From Candidatus Poribacteria bacterium (lineage in GTDB: Bacteria > Poribacteria > WGA-4E > PCPOR2b), in assembly GCA_965116925.1 (NCBI GenBank), contig OZ220744.1:1312001-1376000 (forward strand): a stretch of 64,000 nucleotides of DNA, written 5' to 3'. Below the pieces are notes generated by a model. It was not told the origin of the DNA, did not search any database, and was given only the letters and a program-made list of their open reading frames with translations. Shown in pieces: positions 27,290 to 39,433 of the stretch. Position 1 is the first letter of the stretch, and each line of letters begins with the position of its first letter. Position numbers and translations under genes: made by a program.

Positions 27290-27533
27290 GTTCAAGCCGT
27301 ACTTTTTCCACTTGGCTCTACGGTTGTCTACCACGAATTATTTGAATCATCTTCCCAAGCCATCATGATGTGCAGCGAGCCACAATCAAGATAACTTAAG
27401 AAATTTCTGGTTGATACACCATGCTTTTTTTGATAAACTGTTGGAAATGAAGGGCAGACTTTCGTACCTTGTTCTTTATTGGATATGTACTACAATTTTG
27501 TCTGTCACAGATTCCTTTCTTTGAGGAGAAAAC

Positions 27534-28490
27534 ATGAAAGTAAAACTCGGTTTTATTGGAACAGGCGGCATGGCGGGGGCTCACATGAGAAACCTGCAAA
27601 CCTTCGATGATATAGAATTTACCGCTATGTGCGATGTTTCGGAAGAACGTGCACAGAGGTCAGCGGAGGAGTATGGGGGCAACGTCTACACAGACTTCCG
27701 CGAGATGTACCACAAAGAAGACCTCGACGCCGTTTATATCTGTACCCCACCCTTTGCACACGGCGAACAGGAACGAATCGCATGTGAACAAGGCATTCCA
27801 ATGTTCATTGAGAAGCCGATCGCTGCGGACCTAGAACAGGCAGTCATCATCAATGAGGATGTCCGCCGAAGCGGTGTTATCACCAGTGTTGGATACCACT
27901 GGCGCTATGGCGGCAATGCCCAACATGCGAAGTCATTGCTCGAAAACGAATCACCAGTTCTCGGCGCGTTGGGATACTGGATGGGCGGATTGCCCGGTAC
28001 GCTCTGGTGGAGAATCCGCGCCCAATCCGGCGGGCAGCATGTCGAACAAACAACGCATATCTTCGATCTGGCGCGTTTTCTGTTGGGTGACGCCAAGGCG
28101 GTGCACGGCGTTGCCACCCGTGGAAGTATGACAGACGTGCCCCAGTACGATGTCGATGACCTTAGCATGGTCAACATTGAGTTCGAGAGCGGTGCGATCG
28201 CCAATATCGCATCGTGCTGTGCGATGGAGGGTTGGAATCGAGTACAACTTGAAGTCTTCTGTCGCGGCCTGGTGGTAACTGTTGGCGGACCTAACACCGT
28301 TAATAGGAAAGGTGAAGAGGAATCACTGCCCGAAGACGGTGGTCAAGATCGAGACCGGGTGTTTATCGATGCGGTAAAGACCGGCGATTCATCGAAGATC
28401 CTTTCACCCTACAGCGATGCGTTGAAGACCCTCAGGATTATGATGGCAGCGAGCACTTCGTTTGAAACGGGCAAAGCGGTAGATCTATAA
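27534..28490 (+). CDS. Gfo/Idh/MocA family oxidoreductase
   Basis: GFIGTGGM, EKP, GGQ..EQTTHIFD. Confidence 0.9.
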   Translation: MKVKLGFIGTGGMAGAHMRNLQTFDDIEFTAMCDVSEERAQRSAEEYGGNVYTDFREMYHKEDLDAVYICTPPFAHGEQERIACEQGIPMFIEKPIAADLEQAVIINEDVRRSGVITSVGYHWRYGGNAQHAKSLLENESPVLGALGYWMGGLPGTLWWRIRAQSGGQHVEQTTHIFDLARFLLGDAKAVHGVATRGSMTDVPQYDVDDLSMVNIEFESGAIANIASCCAMEGWNRVQLEVFCRGLVVTVGGPNTVNRKGEEESLPEDGGQDRDRVFIDAVKTGDSSKILSPYSDALKTLRIMMAASTSFETGKAVDL

Positions 28491-28577
28491 AAAGGTGCTT
28501 GTTAGGTACAAGATCTGTTTTCAAATCGCCCTCAGATCTGTTCTTGACTGTAGTCGGAAACATAAAAGGAGAAAAGA

Positions 28578-29345
28578 ATGGGTTCAATTAATCAATCAAT
28601 CTGTTACGGCTGTTTCACGCGGGACGATGCCTCTCCGGAACAGGTCATCCGAGAAGCAGCGAAAATCGGTTATAAATCCGTAGAAATGGCACCGCCAGAA
28701 TATTGGTCCCTCGTCCGCGAAAATGGGATGCGCGTTGCGATTATTGTTGGACATCAGTCCCTACCTGATGGCCTCAACAAGCGTGAAAATCACGACCGCA
28801 TTGAGGGGGAGATTCTGGAAAATCTCGAAGTTGCTGCCGCAAATGACATCCCCGGCCTCATCTGTTTTTCAGGCAACCGAGAAGGGAAATCAGAGGAGGA
28901 GGGGCGGGATAATACCATCGAAGGACTTTTGCGCGTTGCCAAGGCAGCCGAGGATAAAGGTGTCAACCTTTGCGTAGAACTACTCAACAGCAAAGTAAAT
29001 CACCCCGACTATCAGTGCGATCGGACACCTTGGGGCGTGGAGGTTTGCAAAGGCGTCAATTCGCCGTATGTCCAGCTGCTTTACGACATTTACCACATGC
29101 AGATTATGGAAGGGGACCTTGTCCGAACGATTCAGGAGAGTATTGATTACATCGGGCATTTCCACACCGCGGGCAATCCGGGACGCAAAGACCTCGACGA
29201 TGAACAGGAAATCTACTATCCGCCTGTTATGCGCGCTATCGCTGAGACGGACTATGATCTTTACGTCGGACACGAATTTGTGCCGAAAGGCGATCCACTT
29301 GCTGCAATGCAAGCCGCCTTTGATACCTGCAACGTTACCGTTTAG
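28578..29345 (+). CDS. Hydroxypyruvate isomerase family (xylose isomerase-like TIM barrel)
   Basis: ELLNSKVNHPDY, LYDIYHMQIMEG, HFHTAGNPGR, GHEF. Confidence 0.88.
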   Translation: MGSINQSICYGCFTRDDASPEQVIREAAKIGYKSVEMAPPEYWSLVRENGMRVAIIVGHQSLPDGLNKRENHDRIEGEILENLEVAAANDIPGLICFSGNREGKSEEEGRDNTIEGLLRVAKAAEDKGVNLCVELLNSKVNHPDYQCDRTPWGVEVCKGVNSPYVQLLYDIYHMQIMEGDLVRTIQESIDYIGHFHTAGNPGRKDLDDEQEIYYPPVMRAIAETDYDLYVGHEFVPKGDPLAAMQAAFDTCNVTV

Positions 29346-29355
29346 CAAATCAATT

Positions 29356-29437
29356 CGCTTATGTTAAGATTTAGTGCAAAGGAACCGAGCTTTTTCTTCA
29401 AAACTCGGTTCCTTTGCACTTTCTTTTGACATGAGCC
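29356..29437. mobile_element. MITE family A between convergent genes
   Basis: CGCTTATGTTAAG...GACATGAGCC; long internal palindrome AGTGCAAAGGAACCGAG..CTCGGTTCCTTTGCACT. Confidence 0.75.
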
Positions 29438-29460
29438 AATCTGGTTATAATGGTTCCTTA

Positions 29461-30456
29461 TCACAGAATGAACCAATCGCGTAGTGTGTCTCCCTCCGCT
29501 ATCGGCTCTTGTAAATACCTACCCAACTGATTCAGCCAATACATCCAGTAATCGTAAGCATAATCGATTACCGCCTCCGTTGCCCGATGGGTTTCCAAAT
29601 ATTCGAGCAGCCATGCAAGCAGCTTCTCCTCAACTGGTTCAGAGATCTCATCTGCCGTGACACACGCCTCGCGGAAACTGCGAACTCTGTCAAGGGTTAC
29701 GCAGAAATGCTTTCCGCTATCCATTGCCAGATTTACTATCATTCCGCACGTAATCTTCCTAGCCAGATCTTCCGACGATTCCATACCCTCTACATATCGG
29801 AAGTCTTTCTCTCTTGCTATTAGATAAAGGGGAAGCGTTTGGAAATAATCCAGCCGTAAACCTATATTTTTCAACATCCTATCAGCAATCTCAACCTGGC
29901 TGAGTTGTTCAATCGGCTGCTCCCGTTCAACCCTTGATTTGATGACTACAGCAACTTCACCTATTATCAGGGTCCCATCTATCACCGCTGATAGAAAATC
30001 TTCCTCGAGTTGATTTAGCAGCGGTATTTCCATCACTGCTTCAGGATGCCCTCCGACCTGCACCATTCCCGATTCGGCGATGGTCAATCGCGCACGTTGT
30101 CGAAGGGTTTCGGCATCACGCTTCAACTTGGTCATCAATGTGTTACCGATCTGGTAGAAGCGGATCATGTCGTTACGGACCAGCAGGTGTCTCGCACGGC
30201 TGAGATCAAGCTTACTCCCATGCTCAAGTCCAAGGTTGAGTCGGAGCACGACATCTCTTGCGACCCCTCGCAGTTCGGATAGCTTAGAGATGTCAACCGG
30301 CTCCATAACCGAGCGTTTATTCATTATTGCAACGATTTGGCGATTCAGTTCGTCAATCCGCTCAACCGGAACATTCTCCAGTTCCCCAAGCTCAGATAAT
30401 ACTCTAAACAGGAACAATCGTGAATCATATTCGATAAGAGAGTTTGTGTTTTCCAT
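29461..30456 (-). CDS. Hypothetical protein resembling the C-terminal half of DUF6178
   Basis: IMNK..M-E-P-V-D..LNLGLE..A..LL..FYQIG pattern recalled from the family; not searched. Confidence 0.6.
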   Translation of the reverse strand: MENTNSLIEYDSRLFLFRVLSELGELENVPVERIDELNRQIVAIMNKRSVMEPVDISKLSELRGVARDVVLRLNLGLEHGSKLDLSRARHLLVRNDMIRFYQIGNTLMTKLKRDAETLRQRARLTIAESGMVQVGGHPEAVMEIPLLNQLEEDFLSAVIDGTLIIGEVAVVIKSRVEREQPIEQLSQVEIADRMLKNIGLRLDYFQTLPLYLIAREKDFRYVEGMESSEDLARKITCGMIVNLAMDSGKHFCVTLDRVRSFREACVTADEISEPVEEKLLAWLLEYLETHRATEAVIDYAYDYWMYWLNQLGRYLQEPIAEGDTLRDWFIL

Positions 30457-30475
30457 GATGTGTAACGTAGTTTGC

Positions 30476-31351
30476 CTATTCGTCTAACTGTGGGTTATCA
30501 AGGTCAACTAACTTTTCCAAATCATCTTCGGTGGGACCATCTTTGGCAGACCTTTGGGGTGATTGTCCCTCGCCCAGTTGAGTATTGTCAAGATCTACCA
30601 GCTTTTCCAAGTCTTCTTCAGTTACACCTTTTTCTCGATCCCGTTCCTCGATTCGGGCTTTGGCAGCCTCTCGCGTTGCCCGCGCTTTGATTTCCCTAGC
30701 GTAACCATCTAGCGCAGTTGCTTCTTCGAGGAATATATACTCCATCAGAGATTGGAACAGATTGCCATCCGCGGCGTAGAGCATTTCAATTAGCAGTTCG
30801 GTATCCTCCGTGTCACAACTTAAATCCTCTGGGCTAACGAGGGCTTCCTCCACTAGAAAGGCGGGATAAGGAATTCCATCAGATTTTCTGGGGGTAAGCT
30901 CTAGCCGATCCCAGAAAAATTCGCCGAACAGCTGTGGGTCGACGGACCGCAACAGATTTTCAAAAACCTCTTCTCCTGCGTGTAACATCTCCATCAGCCA
31001 TGCCTCAAATCGTGTATCATCTATTTTGTTATTTTGGTAAGCAATCAGATCGACAATATCTGAAAGCTGCTCGGAGGACGCTGCGGATAGAATACCAGCA
31101 GATTGTCCGGTTCCAAGATGGGCGAGTGCCATTTGCATCACATTCTCAGTTGGGCTCTGTTGAACGAGTTCCGTGCAATCAGGAACGAGGTAATACAACT
31201 CCTCGCGGCTTTTCGCATCAGAAACCGTCTCAATGATTGATAGCTGTTCCTCTGTGGTATACTGTTGGAATTGGATGGAGGCTTGCTTAGTATCCATCTC
31301 AAGCAATGCTTTTGCTTCTGCCTGCGGATTACGAATCCTGATTTCTTTCAT
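30476..31351 (-). CDS. Hypothetical acidic protein resembling the N-terminal half of DUF6178
   Basis: LVQQSP.E..ILSAASSEQL..IVDL..WL..L..VDP.L pattern; duplicated C-terminal motif. Confidence 0.6.
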   Translation of the reverse strand: MKEIRIRNPQAEAKALLEMDTKQASIQFQQYTTEEQLSIIETVSDAKSREELYYLVPDCTELVQQSPTENVMQMALAHLGTGQSAGILSAASSEQLSDIVDLIAYQNNKIDDTRFEAWLMEMLHAGEEVFENLLRSVDPQLFGEFFWDRLELTPRKSDGIPYPAFLVEEALVSPEDLSCDTEDTELLIEMLYAADGNLFQSLMEYIFLEEATALDGYAREIKARATREAAKARIEERDREKGVTEEDLEKLVDLDNTQLGEGQSPQRSAKDGPTEDDLEKLVDLDNPQLDE

Positions 31352-31606
31352 CCGAATCTCCCTAGTTGTGGTTGGACATATCCGTTAGGAAAAATCAGTC
31401 GTATCGAAAAGCGCATTATGTTATCATAACGCTTTATTGGATTGCAAAGAATTCTCAATGAAATCCTCTGCACCTTCCGGGGGGTGATGATGGACAGCGT
31501 TATTTGTTGTATAAGCATACCATTCAGCTTCAGATTTTCTGTTATTTCCTTTATTCCATAGGACTCGAAGTGAATTCGAGATTAATATCTACACTTAAAA
31601 AGCCAA

Positions 31607-31635
31607 TTGCACGTCTAACCGTAACAGTTTATAAT
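31607..31635 (+). promoter_or_regulatory. Sigma70-type promoter for htpX
   Basis: TTGCAC-17 bp-TATAAT. Confidence 0.55.
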
Positions 31636-31792
31636 TTATAAGCAAGATCTCATTTTTGGTGTGTTTAAGCAAAAAATCGTGGGAGATAGCAGATTACTTC
31701 ATCGTCGAATAAATTAGTTTTACCAGACAAGGTGAATAGACTGCTCGTTATACCTAATACACAGTTAAATTAATCTAAGGAGGTTACTCAAA

Positions 31793-32638
31793 ATGAATAT
31801 CTTCAAAACTGGAATACTCTTGATTGCGTTGACAGCTCTGCTAATGTTCATTGGCAACATATTAGGGGGCGAGGTTGGAATGGCAATCGCTCTGATCTTT
31901 GCAGCGATTATGAACTTCGGTTCCTACTGGTTCAGCGATAAAATTGTCTTGTCGATGTACAGAGCGCAGGAAGTCAGTCCCAATAGTGAATTATATCAGA
32001 TTGTCAAACAACAGACCGAAAAATCAGGTTTGCCGATGCCGCAAGTCTACACAATTCCCACCGATATGCCAAATGCGTTTGCTACTGGCAGAAATCCCAG
32101 CCACGCAGCGGTTGCTGCAACGGATGGGATTATGCGACTCTTATCGCGCGATGAACTTGCAGGTGTCATCGGACATGAACTAGCACACATCAAGCATCGG
32201 GACATCCTCATTAGTAGCATTGTCGCCACAATCGCAGGCGCAATCATGATGATCGCGAACATGGCACAGTGGGCAGCGTTATTTGGTGGTTTTAGTAGCA
32301 ATGATGACGACGATGGCGGTGGAATCTTTGGGATGCTTTTCCTGATTATTGTTGCACCTATCGCTGCGATGATTATTCAGTTTGCAATTTCCCGTTCCCG
32401 TGAATACGCCGCAGACCGTGGTGGAGCAGAAATCTGTGGCGATCCAATGGCGTTAGCAAATGCCCTGCGGCGACTTGAGCGTGGCGTTGAAATGCATCCG
32501 ACGCGAGCAAATGCTGCCACTTCGCATCTCTTCATTGTGAATCCATTACGCGGTGGGATAGCGGGCCTTTTCAGCACCCATCCGCCGATGGACGAACGCA
32601 TCCGCCGTCTAGAGGAATTGGCGGGTTATCGTCGATAG
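31793..32638 (+). CDS. htpX: Zinc metalloprotease HtpX (M48)
   Basis: [30 protein letters not shown]. Confidence 0.96.
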   Translation: MNIFKTGILLIALTALLMFIGNILGGEVGMAIALIFAAIMNFGSYWFSDKIVLSMYRAQEVSPNSELYQIVKQQTEKSGLPMPQVYTIPTDMPNAFATGRNPSHAAVAATDGIMRLLSRDELAGVIGHELAHIKHRDILISSIVATIAGAIMMIANMAQWAALFGGFSSNDDDDGGGIFGMLFLIIVAPIAAMIIQFAISRSREYAADRGGAEICGDPMALANALRRLERGVEMHPTRANAATSHLFIVNPLRGGIAGLFSTHPPMDERIRRLEELAGYRR

Positions 32639-32690
32639 ATTCAGAAGGTTATTTGGTTCAGTAGCACCCTTATTTAATGAAGGAGACACT

Positions 32691-33227
32691 ATGGAAACCC
32701 AAGCCATTGAGCACCCATCAACATTGGCAGAATTCTTGGAAGGGGATTATGAATCCTACGAATTCGTGGAAGGGGAATTAATTCCGATGGCAGCAGCGAA
32801 GATTATTCATGGAGATATCGCAGCGGAGATATTGATGCTATTGGGTAGTTATGTAAAGGAGCATCGGTTAGGTAAATTGTATACAGCAGAGACAGTGTTT
32901 ACAGTGGGCAATAGAGGCCGGAAACCAGACGTTGCATTTGTTGCCTCGGAACAGATTCCCGATGACCTGTGGCAGAATTTCCCCATTCCCCCCGACTTAG
33001 CCATTGAAGTTGTGTCGGAAACGGATGCGATGAAAGCTGTGCACGAAAAAGCCTTTGAGTATCTTGATGCCGGCACACAACTGGTATGGGCAATCGAACC
33101 CTTCTCTCAAACGGTGACCGCTTACCGCTCATCCACGGACATCAGTCTCTTGACAATTGACGATATTTTAACCGGTGAACCGGCGGTTAAGGGGTTTCGT
33201 TGCCGTGTGGCAGACCTCTTTACTTGA
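32691..33227 (+). CDS. Uma2 family PD-(D/E)XK protein
   Basis: YEFVEG, KPDVAF, PDLAIEVVS, EYLDAG. Confidence 0.9.
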   Translation: METQAIEHPSTLAEFLEGDYESYEFVEGELIPMAAAKIIHGDIAAEILMLLGSYVKEHRLGKLYTAETVFTVGNRGRKPDVAFVASEQIPDDLWQNFPIPPDLAIEVVSETDAMKAVHEKAFEYLDAGTQLVWAIEPFSQTVTAYRSSTDISLLTIDDILTGEPAVKGFRCRVADLFT

Positions 33228-33259
33228 CATACTCCCACCTCTTCAGAAGCCAGAGTATA

Positions 33260-34318
33260 TCATTGTGCTGTAACTTCTCGCCATCGTTCAACCAATCTCT
33301 GTCGGTGGTTTGCTGCCCAAATAGAGTCAAACTCAATCAACTTCACCTTATCAGCGGTAACTGCGCCTTGAGCGACTTCGGCGTTTGGATTCAGAGGAGT
33401 CCGAAACCACTTCTGCATCAAGTTCTGTGCTCGGACTGAGAGTGCCCAATTCATGAATCGCTTTGCGGCGGTTTGATTCGGTCCCCCTTTGACAAGTGCC
33501 ATCGCACCAATCTCGAATCCCGTTCCCTCCTTCGGAAAACTCAACACAACCGGATATCCCTTCGCAGGTCCCTTCTTGACAATATCGTGTGAAAAGGCTA
33601 TCCCCACGGCGACTTCTCCGAAGCCCACCTGTGTCACACACGCCGATCCAGATCTATTGTAGTGATGGACATTTCGATCTAACCGTGCAATATAATCGAA
33701 ACCAGCCTTTTCACCCATCATCTGCACAATTGCAGCGAGCAGCGTGTTGGCGGTGCCTGATGTATAGGCGTAAGCCACGCTGATCTCGCCTTTGAATTCA
33801 GGTTTTAGTAGGTCGTACCATGAGGTGGGCGGTGAAATTCCTTTGCGCTCTAAAATCTCCGTATTAGACGCAAAGCCGATTGCACCGAAGTAGAAGCCGG
33901 TCCAGTAGTGTGCTTCGTCGAATGTACCGGGGAGCGGCTCAAAATCTATGCGGGGTGCATAAGGCGCAAGTAACCCCTCGCGTTTAGCGACAATAAACTC
34001 TGGTGATGGTCCGCCAAACCATAGCGTGACCTGCGGATTGGCTCGCTCACTTCTAATCCGCACCAGCACCTCACCTGCGGACAAGCGCACCCATCGTACT
34101 TGAATGCCAGTATCTTCCTCAAAGGCCCGGATGTAAATCTTTGCCTCATTAGTGTCGAGAGCCGTATAGAGATAGAGTACGTCATCGTTATCTTCTGAAA
34201 CAGCCGCTTCTGATGCTGCTGCATTGGGTCCGCTTAGAGATGTTTCCCAACACCCTAGCAGCCAAAAGGCAAAGGCGGCGCGGACGAGGAAAACACTTAG
34301 GGAGATTGGTCGGCACAT
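33260..34318 (-). CDS. ABC transporter substrate-binding protein (AfuA/FbpA-like)
   Basis: RIRSERANPQ..WFGG, PTSWYDLLKP, TSGTA, FPKEGTG.E; no permease or ATPase adjacent. Confidence 0.85.
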   Translation of the reverse strand: MCRPISLSVFLVRAAFAFWLLGCWETSLSGPNAAASEAAVSEDNDDVLYLYTALDTNEAKIYIRAFEEDTGIQVRWVRLSAGEVLVRIRSERANPQVTLWFGGPSPEFIVAKREGLLAPYAPRIDFEPLPGTFDEAHYWTGFYFGAIGFASNTEILERKGISPPTSWYDLLKPEFKGEISVAYAYTSGTANTLLAAIVQMMGEKAGFDYIARLDRNVHHYNRSGSACVTQVGFGEVAVGIAFSHDIVKKGPAKGYPVVLSFPKEGTGFEIGAMALVKGGPNQTAAKRFMNWALSVRAQNLMQKWFRTPLNPNAEVAQGAVTADKVKLIEFDSIWAANHRQRLVERWREVTAQ

Positions 34319-34358
34319 AGTAATCTTTCACATCAGAAGGTATCTTAAGTGGCCGCTT

Positions 34359-35810
<1,452 letters not shown>

Positions 35811-35832
35811 TTAATTGATGGAATATGATTCC

Positions 35833-36837
35833 TTATTTGATACAGACTGCTGGGTTGATTCGCTCTCGTATTTTCTCTGTGTTGACCTTTGGGGCTTCTA
35901 GTTCCCTGAAAGGGCTATCAAATTGAAAACCAGTTCGGTGTCTCTTACGAAAATGCTCTAATCTCCTAATTGTAATTTCAGCGAATATGGGGTCAATGTC
36001 AGATGTATAGCACACGCGCCCCAACCTTTCGCATCCTATCAACGTTGTCCCTGAGTGCGAAAAGAAGTCCACAACCAAATCTTCTTCATGGCTGCAGGCT
36101 GCGATAATCCGTTCAACTGCCTTCAGCGGTTTTTGGGCATAAGCACCGGGCACGTTCTCTTCCATCCGATAAAAGACCTGCTGAATATCAACCCACACAT
36201 TACCGGGCCTGATAGTATCAGATCGACTCCGTTCCAAGTTCTCCACTCGCTTCCCGTCTACTGTTTTATAGTAACCGCGCAAGATTTTAGGTATATCGGT
36301 GTAGACAACGGCAAAGTCGGGGTTGCCCTTCGTATAGTAAAGCAGTTCCTGTCTCACCGCCATCCAATTTTTCTGAGTGCCGTACCCTCTCTGATTTCGC
36401 ATCGTAATGAAACTTCTCGCCTGTAAGCCCTCAAATTCCCGCATCATGACCATAAAATCAGGCAAAGGTTGAAAATTGTCTTTCTGATCTGCCCCCAACC
36501 ATGCGTAGAAATGAGAGTTTTCATCCAATATCTTAATCGTGTTCTCCACCCAATGGCGAGAAAACTCCATATACTCAACTAAATTTAACTTATTCAGATT
36601 TTGGGTCGTTTTGTTCCCGACACTTACATTATAGGGTGGGTCGTTCACCGCTACCTTCGCCTTTTTGCCCTTCATCATTTTCAATACTGCATCAGGACAG
36701 GTTACATCCAATACCCCGATCCTATGCCCGTGCACGGGATCCTCCCAAACATCTCCCAGTTTAAGCCTACAGTGCGGAAGGAGTTTCTTCCGAATTTCGG
36801 CGTCAGAATCCAATCTTGGCAAAGGTTCAGTAGCCAT
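35833..36837 (-). CDS. Orphan N6A/N4C DNA methyltransferase (beta-class motif order)
   Basis: DPPY precedes QKP and VDFFSHSGTT. Confidence 0.88.
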   Translation of the reverse strand: MATEPLPRLDSDAEIRKKLLPHCRLKLGDVWEDPVHGHRIGVLDVTCPDAVLKMMKGKKAKVAVNDPPYNVSVGNKTTQNLNKLNLVEYMEFSRHWVENTIKILDENSHFYAWLGADQKDNFQPLPDFMVMMREFEGLQARSFITMRNQRGYGTQKNWMAVRQELLYYTKGNPDFAVVYTDIPKILRGYYKTVDGKRVENLERSRSDTIRPGNVWVDIQQVFYRMEENVPGAYAQKPLKAVERIIAACSHEEDLVVDFFSHSGTTLIGCERLGRVCYTSDIDPIFAEITIRRLEHFRKRHRTGFQFDSPFRELEAPKVNTEKIRERINPAVCIK

Positions 36838-36878
36838 TATTTCTCCATCATTCCACGTGTGGTTGAGTTGTCTACTAG

Positions 36879-38093
36879 CTACATCGGCTCTGTGACGGTT
36901 CCCATGAATAGTATCGTCTCCGTCTCAGCATCATAAATAGCGAAAAAGAAGGGGCGGTCTACCCGGAAGGCTGGGGGTAAAGACTTAACGCCCACTACAG
37001 CAGTGACAGCCGCAGCCTCCGTGCCCTCTTCGTTTACTTCTACGAAGGTTTTATGCCTCACCTCACTAATAAAAAGGCTCGGTCCCATACCACTAAAATC
37101 GGCACCGGCACCGAAAGCAATTCCCATTCCTAGGGCTTCAAGTGTGTCGTTGAGTCTTATTTCATACTCCAGTTTGAAACGGGGAAGCATGATTTCATGC
37201 CGTCTATCTTGAAGCTGCGATATCCAACCCTCCCAATTATCTGCGCTCAGATCTCTCAAAAATTTCTTGAGATTGGAATTAGGGCTAGGCAGAAAAATAT
37301 ACATACCTAACCGCCCATCGCCATACGGTAAACTGGTTGCTTCAAAATTCTCACCACGAAAGTATGGGTACTCCCCTTCTCGACGCATCATTTGTACTCG
37401 TTTCTCACTTCCATCCGACAGATGAAATGTACCAGGGCGCGTCATTGACTTATCGAACTCGTCCTGCCAGTTACCCTTGAAATATATGGCGTTAATCAAG
37501 AAAAGCAGTGTTTGCGGGTCAATCCTGTCAACAATTTTCTCAATCTTGCCATTTGTATTTGTATCAACCCAGTCGTTGATGGTTGCTATCGCTTGCGGCG
37601 AGTTAAAATCGAGCGCGGCGATCTCCGCACCAAAAAACACCCGATTTCGCTCCAAAAATTCAGGGTTGAAGTCAACCCCCTGACGGGACCAGATCGAGTT
37701 TGCAATCGAAATTTCAACTTTAGGATCCGGATTTTCAAGACTGTCTCGCAACGCCTTGTTGGATTGGTTAATCGTTGAGAGGTCTAACGCATCTATCTCT
37801 AGCACTTCTGCCATGGCGCGTTCTGTTTCTCCAACTGCACCATTATAGGTCATCGTCAATGCAATCGAAATACTTAACGGAGAGATAAAGATATTCCCCC
37901 CGGGCTCTCGTTCTCGGAGGTCTTGAAGCAGCTTGAACCCGAATCTTGTGTTAGCTGAAGCAACACTTGAAACATCAGGATCATCGACGGTTTCTAAGGC
38001 ATCACCAACAATATTTCTTACAAAATTAATGTCGAAACATCCGAATAGACATAATAGCACTATGACAATTATACCGGCTCGATAATTTTTCAT
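36879..38093 (-). CDS. Serpin, predicted lipoprotein
   Basis: LFGC lipobox, NIFISPLSI, NAIYFKG.W, hinge EEGTEAAAVT, FRVDRPFFF; ATG 38093 follows GGAGGA. Confidence 0.95.
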   Translation of the reverse strand: MKNYRAGIIVIVLLCLFGCFDINFVRNIVGDALETVDDPDVSSVASANTRFGFKLLQDLREREPGGNIFISPLSISIALTMTYNGAVGETERAMAEVLEIDALDLSTINQSNKALRDSLENPDPKVEISIANSIWSRQGVDFNPEFLERNRVFFGAEIAALDFNSPQAIATINDWVDTNTNGKIEKIVDRIDPQTLLFLINAIYFKGNWQDEFDKSMTRPGTFHLSDGSEKRVQMMRREGEYPYFRGENFEATSLPYGDGRLGMYIFLPSPNSNLKKFLRDLSADNWEGWISQLQDRRHEIMLPRFKLEYEIRLNDTLEALGMGIAFGAGADFSGMGPSLFISEVRHKTFVEVNEEGTEAAAVTAVVGVKSLPPAFRVDRPFFFAIYDAETETILFMGTVTEPM

Positions 38094-38145
38094 GTCCTCC
38101 TCCGCCTGCAATGTCCTCTATAATTCATTGACGAAATCTGTCTGT

Positions 38146-39381
38146 TTACATCGGCTCTATGACAGTTCCCATGAACAGTATGGTCTGCGTTTTGGCATCA
38201 TAAATGGCGAAAAAGAAGGGACGATCTACTCGAAAGACTGGTTTGGCAGACTGCGCTACTGTGACAGCAGTGACAGCGGCAGCTTCGGTCCCCTCTTCGT
38301 TCACTTCTACGAAGGTTTTATGCCGAACCTCGCTGATAAAAAGACCTGATGGACCCATGCCGCTAAAATCGGCACCGCCATCGAAAGCAATTTTCATCCC
38401 CAGTGCTTTGAGTGTGTCGTTGAGTTTCACTTCGTATTCCAGTTTGAAGCGAGGCAGCATCAAATAGAGTGTCTCCTTGTGAAACTGTGCTATCCAACGC
38501 TCCCAGCTTTCAGCGTTCAAGCTCTCCAGAAATTCATTGAGGTTGGAGTCGAGGGTGGGCAGGAAAATATACATGCTCAACCGCCCATCGCCATACGGTA
38601 AGCCCGCTGCTTCAAAATGCTCACCGCGGAAGTATGGGTACTGCCCCGTTCGACTCATCATCTCTACCTGCTTTTCTCTCCCATCTGATAGATGAAAAAT
38701 GTCCGGCCGCGTCTGGGACGTATCAAACTCATCCTGCCAACTTCCTTTGAAATAGATGGCGTTAATCAAGAAAAGCACTGTTTGCGATTTAATCTCGTAA
38801 ACAATTTCCTCAATTTTGCCATTCGTGTTTTCGTTAACCCAGCCGTTGATGATTTTTATCGCTTGCGGGTTGGTAAAATCGAGAGAGGTAGTTTCCGCTT
38901 CAAAAAACACCCGATTTCGCTCTAAAAAATTGGGGTTGAATTCAGTCCCCTGACGGGACCAAAGCGAGTTTGCAATCGAGATTTCAACTTTAGGTCCAGG
39001 ATTCTCAAGGTTATTTCGTAATGCTTTGTTGGATTCGTTAATAATTGGGAGGGCTAACTCATCTATCTCTAGCACCTCCGCCATAGCGCGCTCTGTTTCT
39101 CCGACCGCACCGTTATAGGTCATAGTCAGCGCAATTGAAATACTTAACGGGGAAATGAAGATATTTCCTCCGGGGGCTCGTTCTTGGAGATCTTGAAGTA
39201 GCTTGAACCCAAATTTTGTGTTAGCCGACGCAACACTTAAAAAACCTGGATCATCAATAGGCTTCAATGCGTCGTCAATGATAGTTTTTGTAGAATCGCT
39301 GTCGGGACATCCGAATAGGCACAGTAGTACCAGCAGGCATCCGCATTTGATAAGAATGAAACATCTCCAATCGTTTCTCAT
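38146..39381 (-). CDS. Serpin, predicted lipoprotein (tandem paralog)
   Basis: Same motifs as the neighbour; reactive loop VTVAQSAKP. Confidence 0.95.
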   Translation of the reverse strand: MRNDWRCFILIKCGCLLVLLCLFGCPDSDSTKTIIDDALKPIDDPGFLSVASANTKFGFKLLQDLQERAPGGNIFISPLSISIALTMTYNGAVGETERAMAEVLEIDELALPIINESNKALRNNLENPGPKVEISIANSLWSRQGTEFNPNFLERNRVFFEAETTSLDFTNPQAIKIINGWVNENTNGKIEEIVYEIKSQTVLFLINAIYFKGSWQDEFDTSQTRPDIFHLSDGREKQVEMMSRTGQYPYFRGEHFEAAGLPYGDGRLSMYIFLPTLDSNLNEFLESLNAESWERWIAQFHKETLYLMLPRFKLEYEVKLNDTLKALGMKIAFDGGADFSGMGPSGLFISEVRHKTFVEVNEEGTEAAAVTAVTVAQSAKPVFRVDRPFFFAIYDAKTQTILFMGTVIEPM

Positions 39382-39433
39382 TTTAGTCTTCTTCTTGTTA
39401 GTAGATTTAAGTGCCTATGTAAAAAGCCAAACT

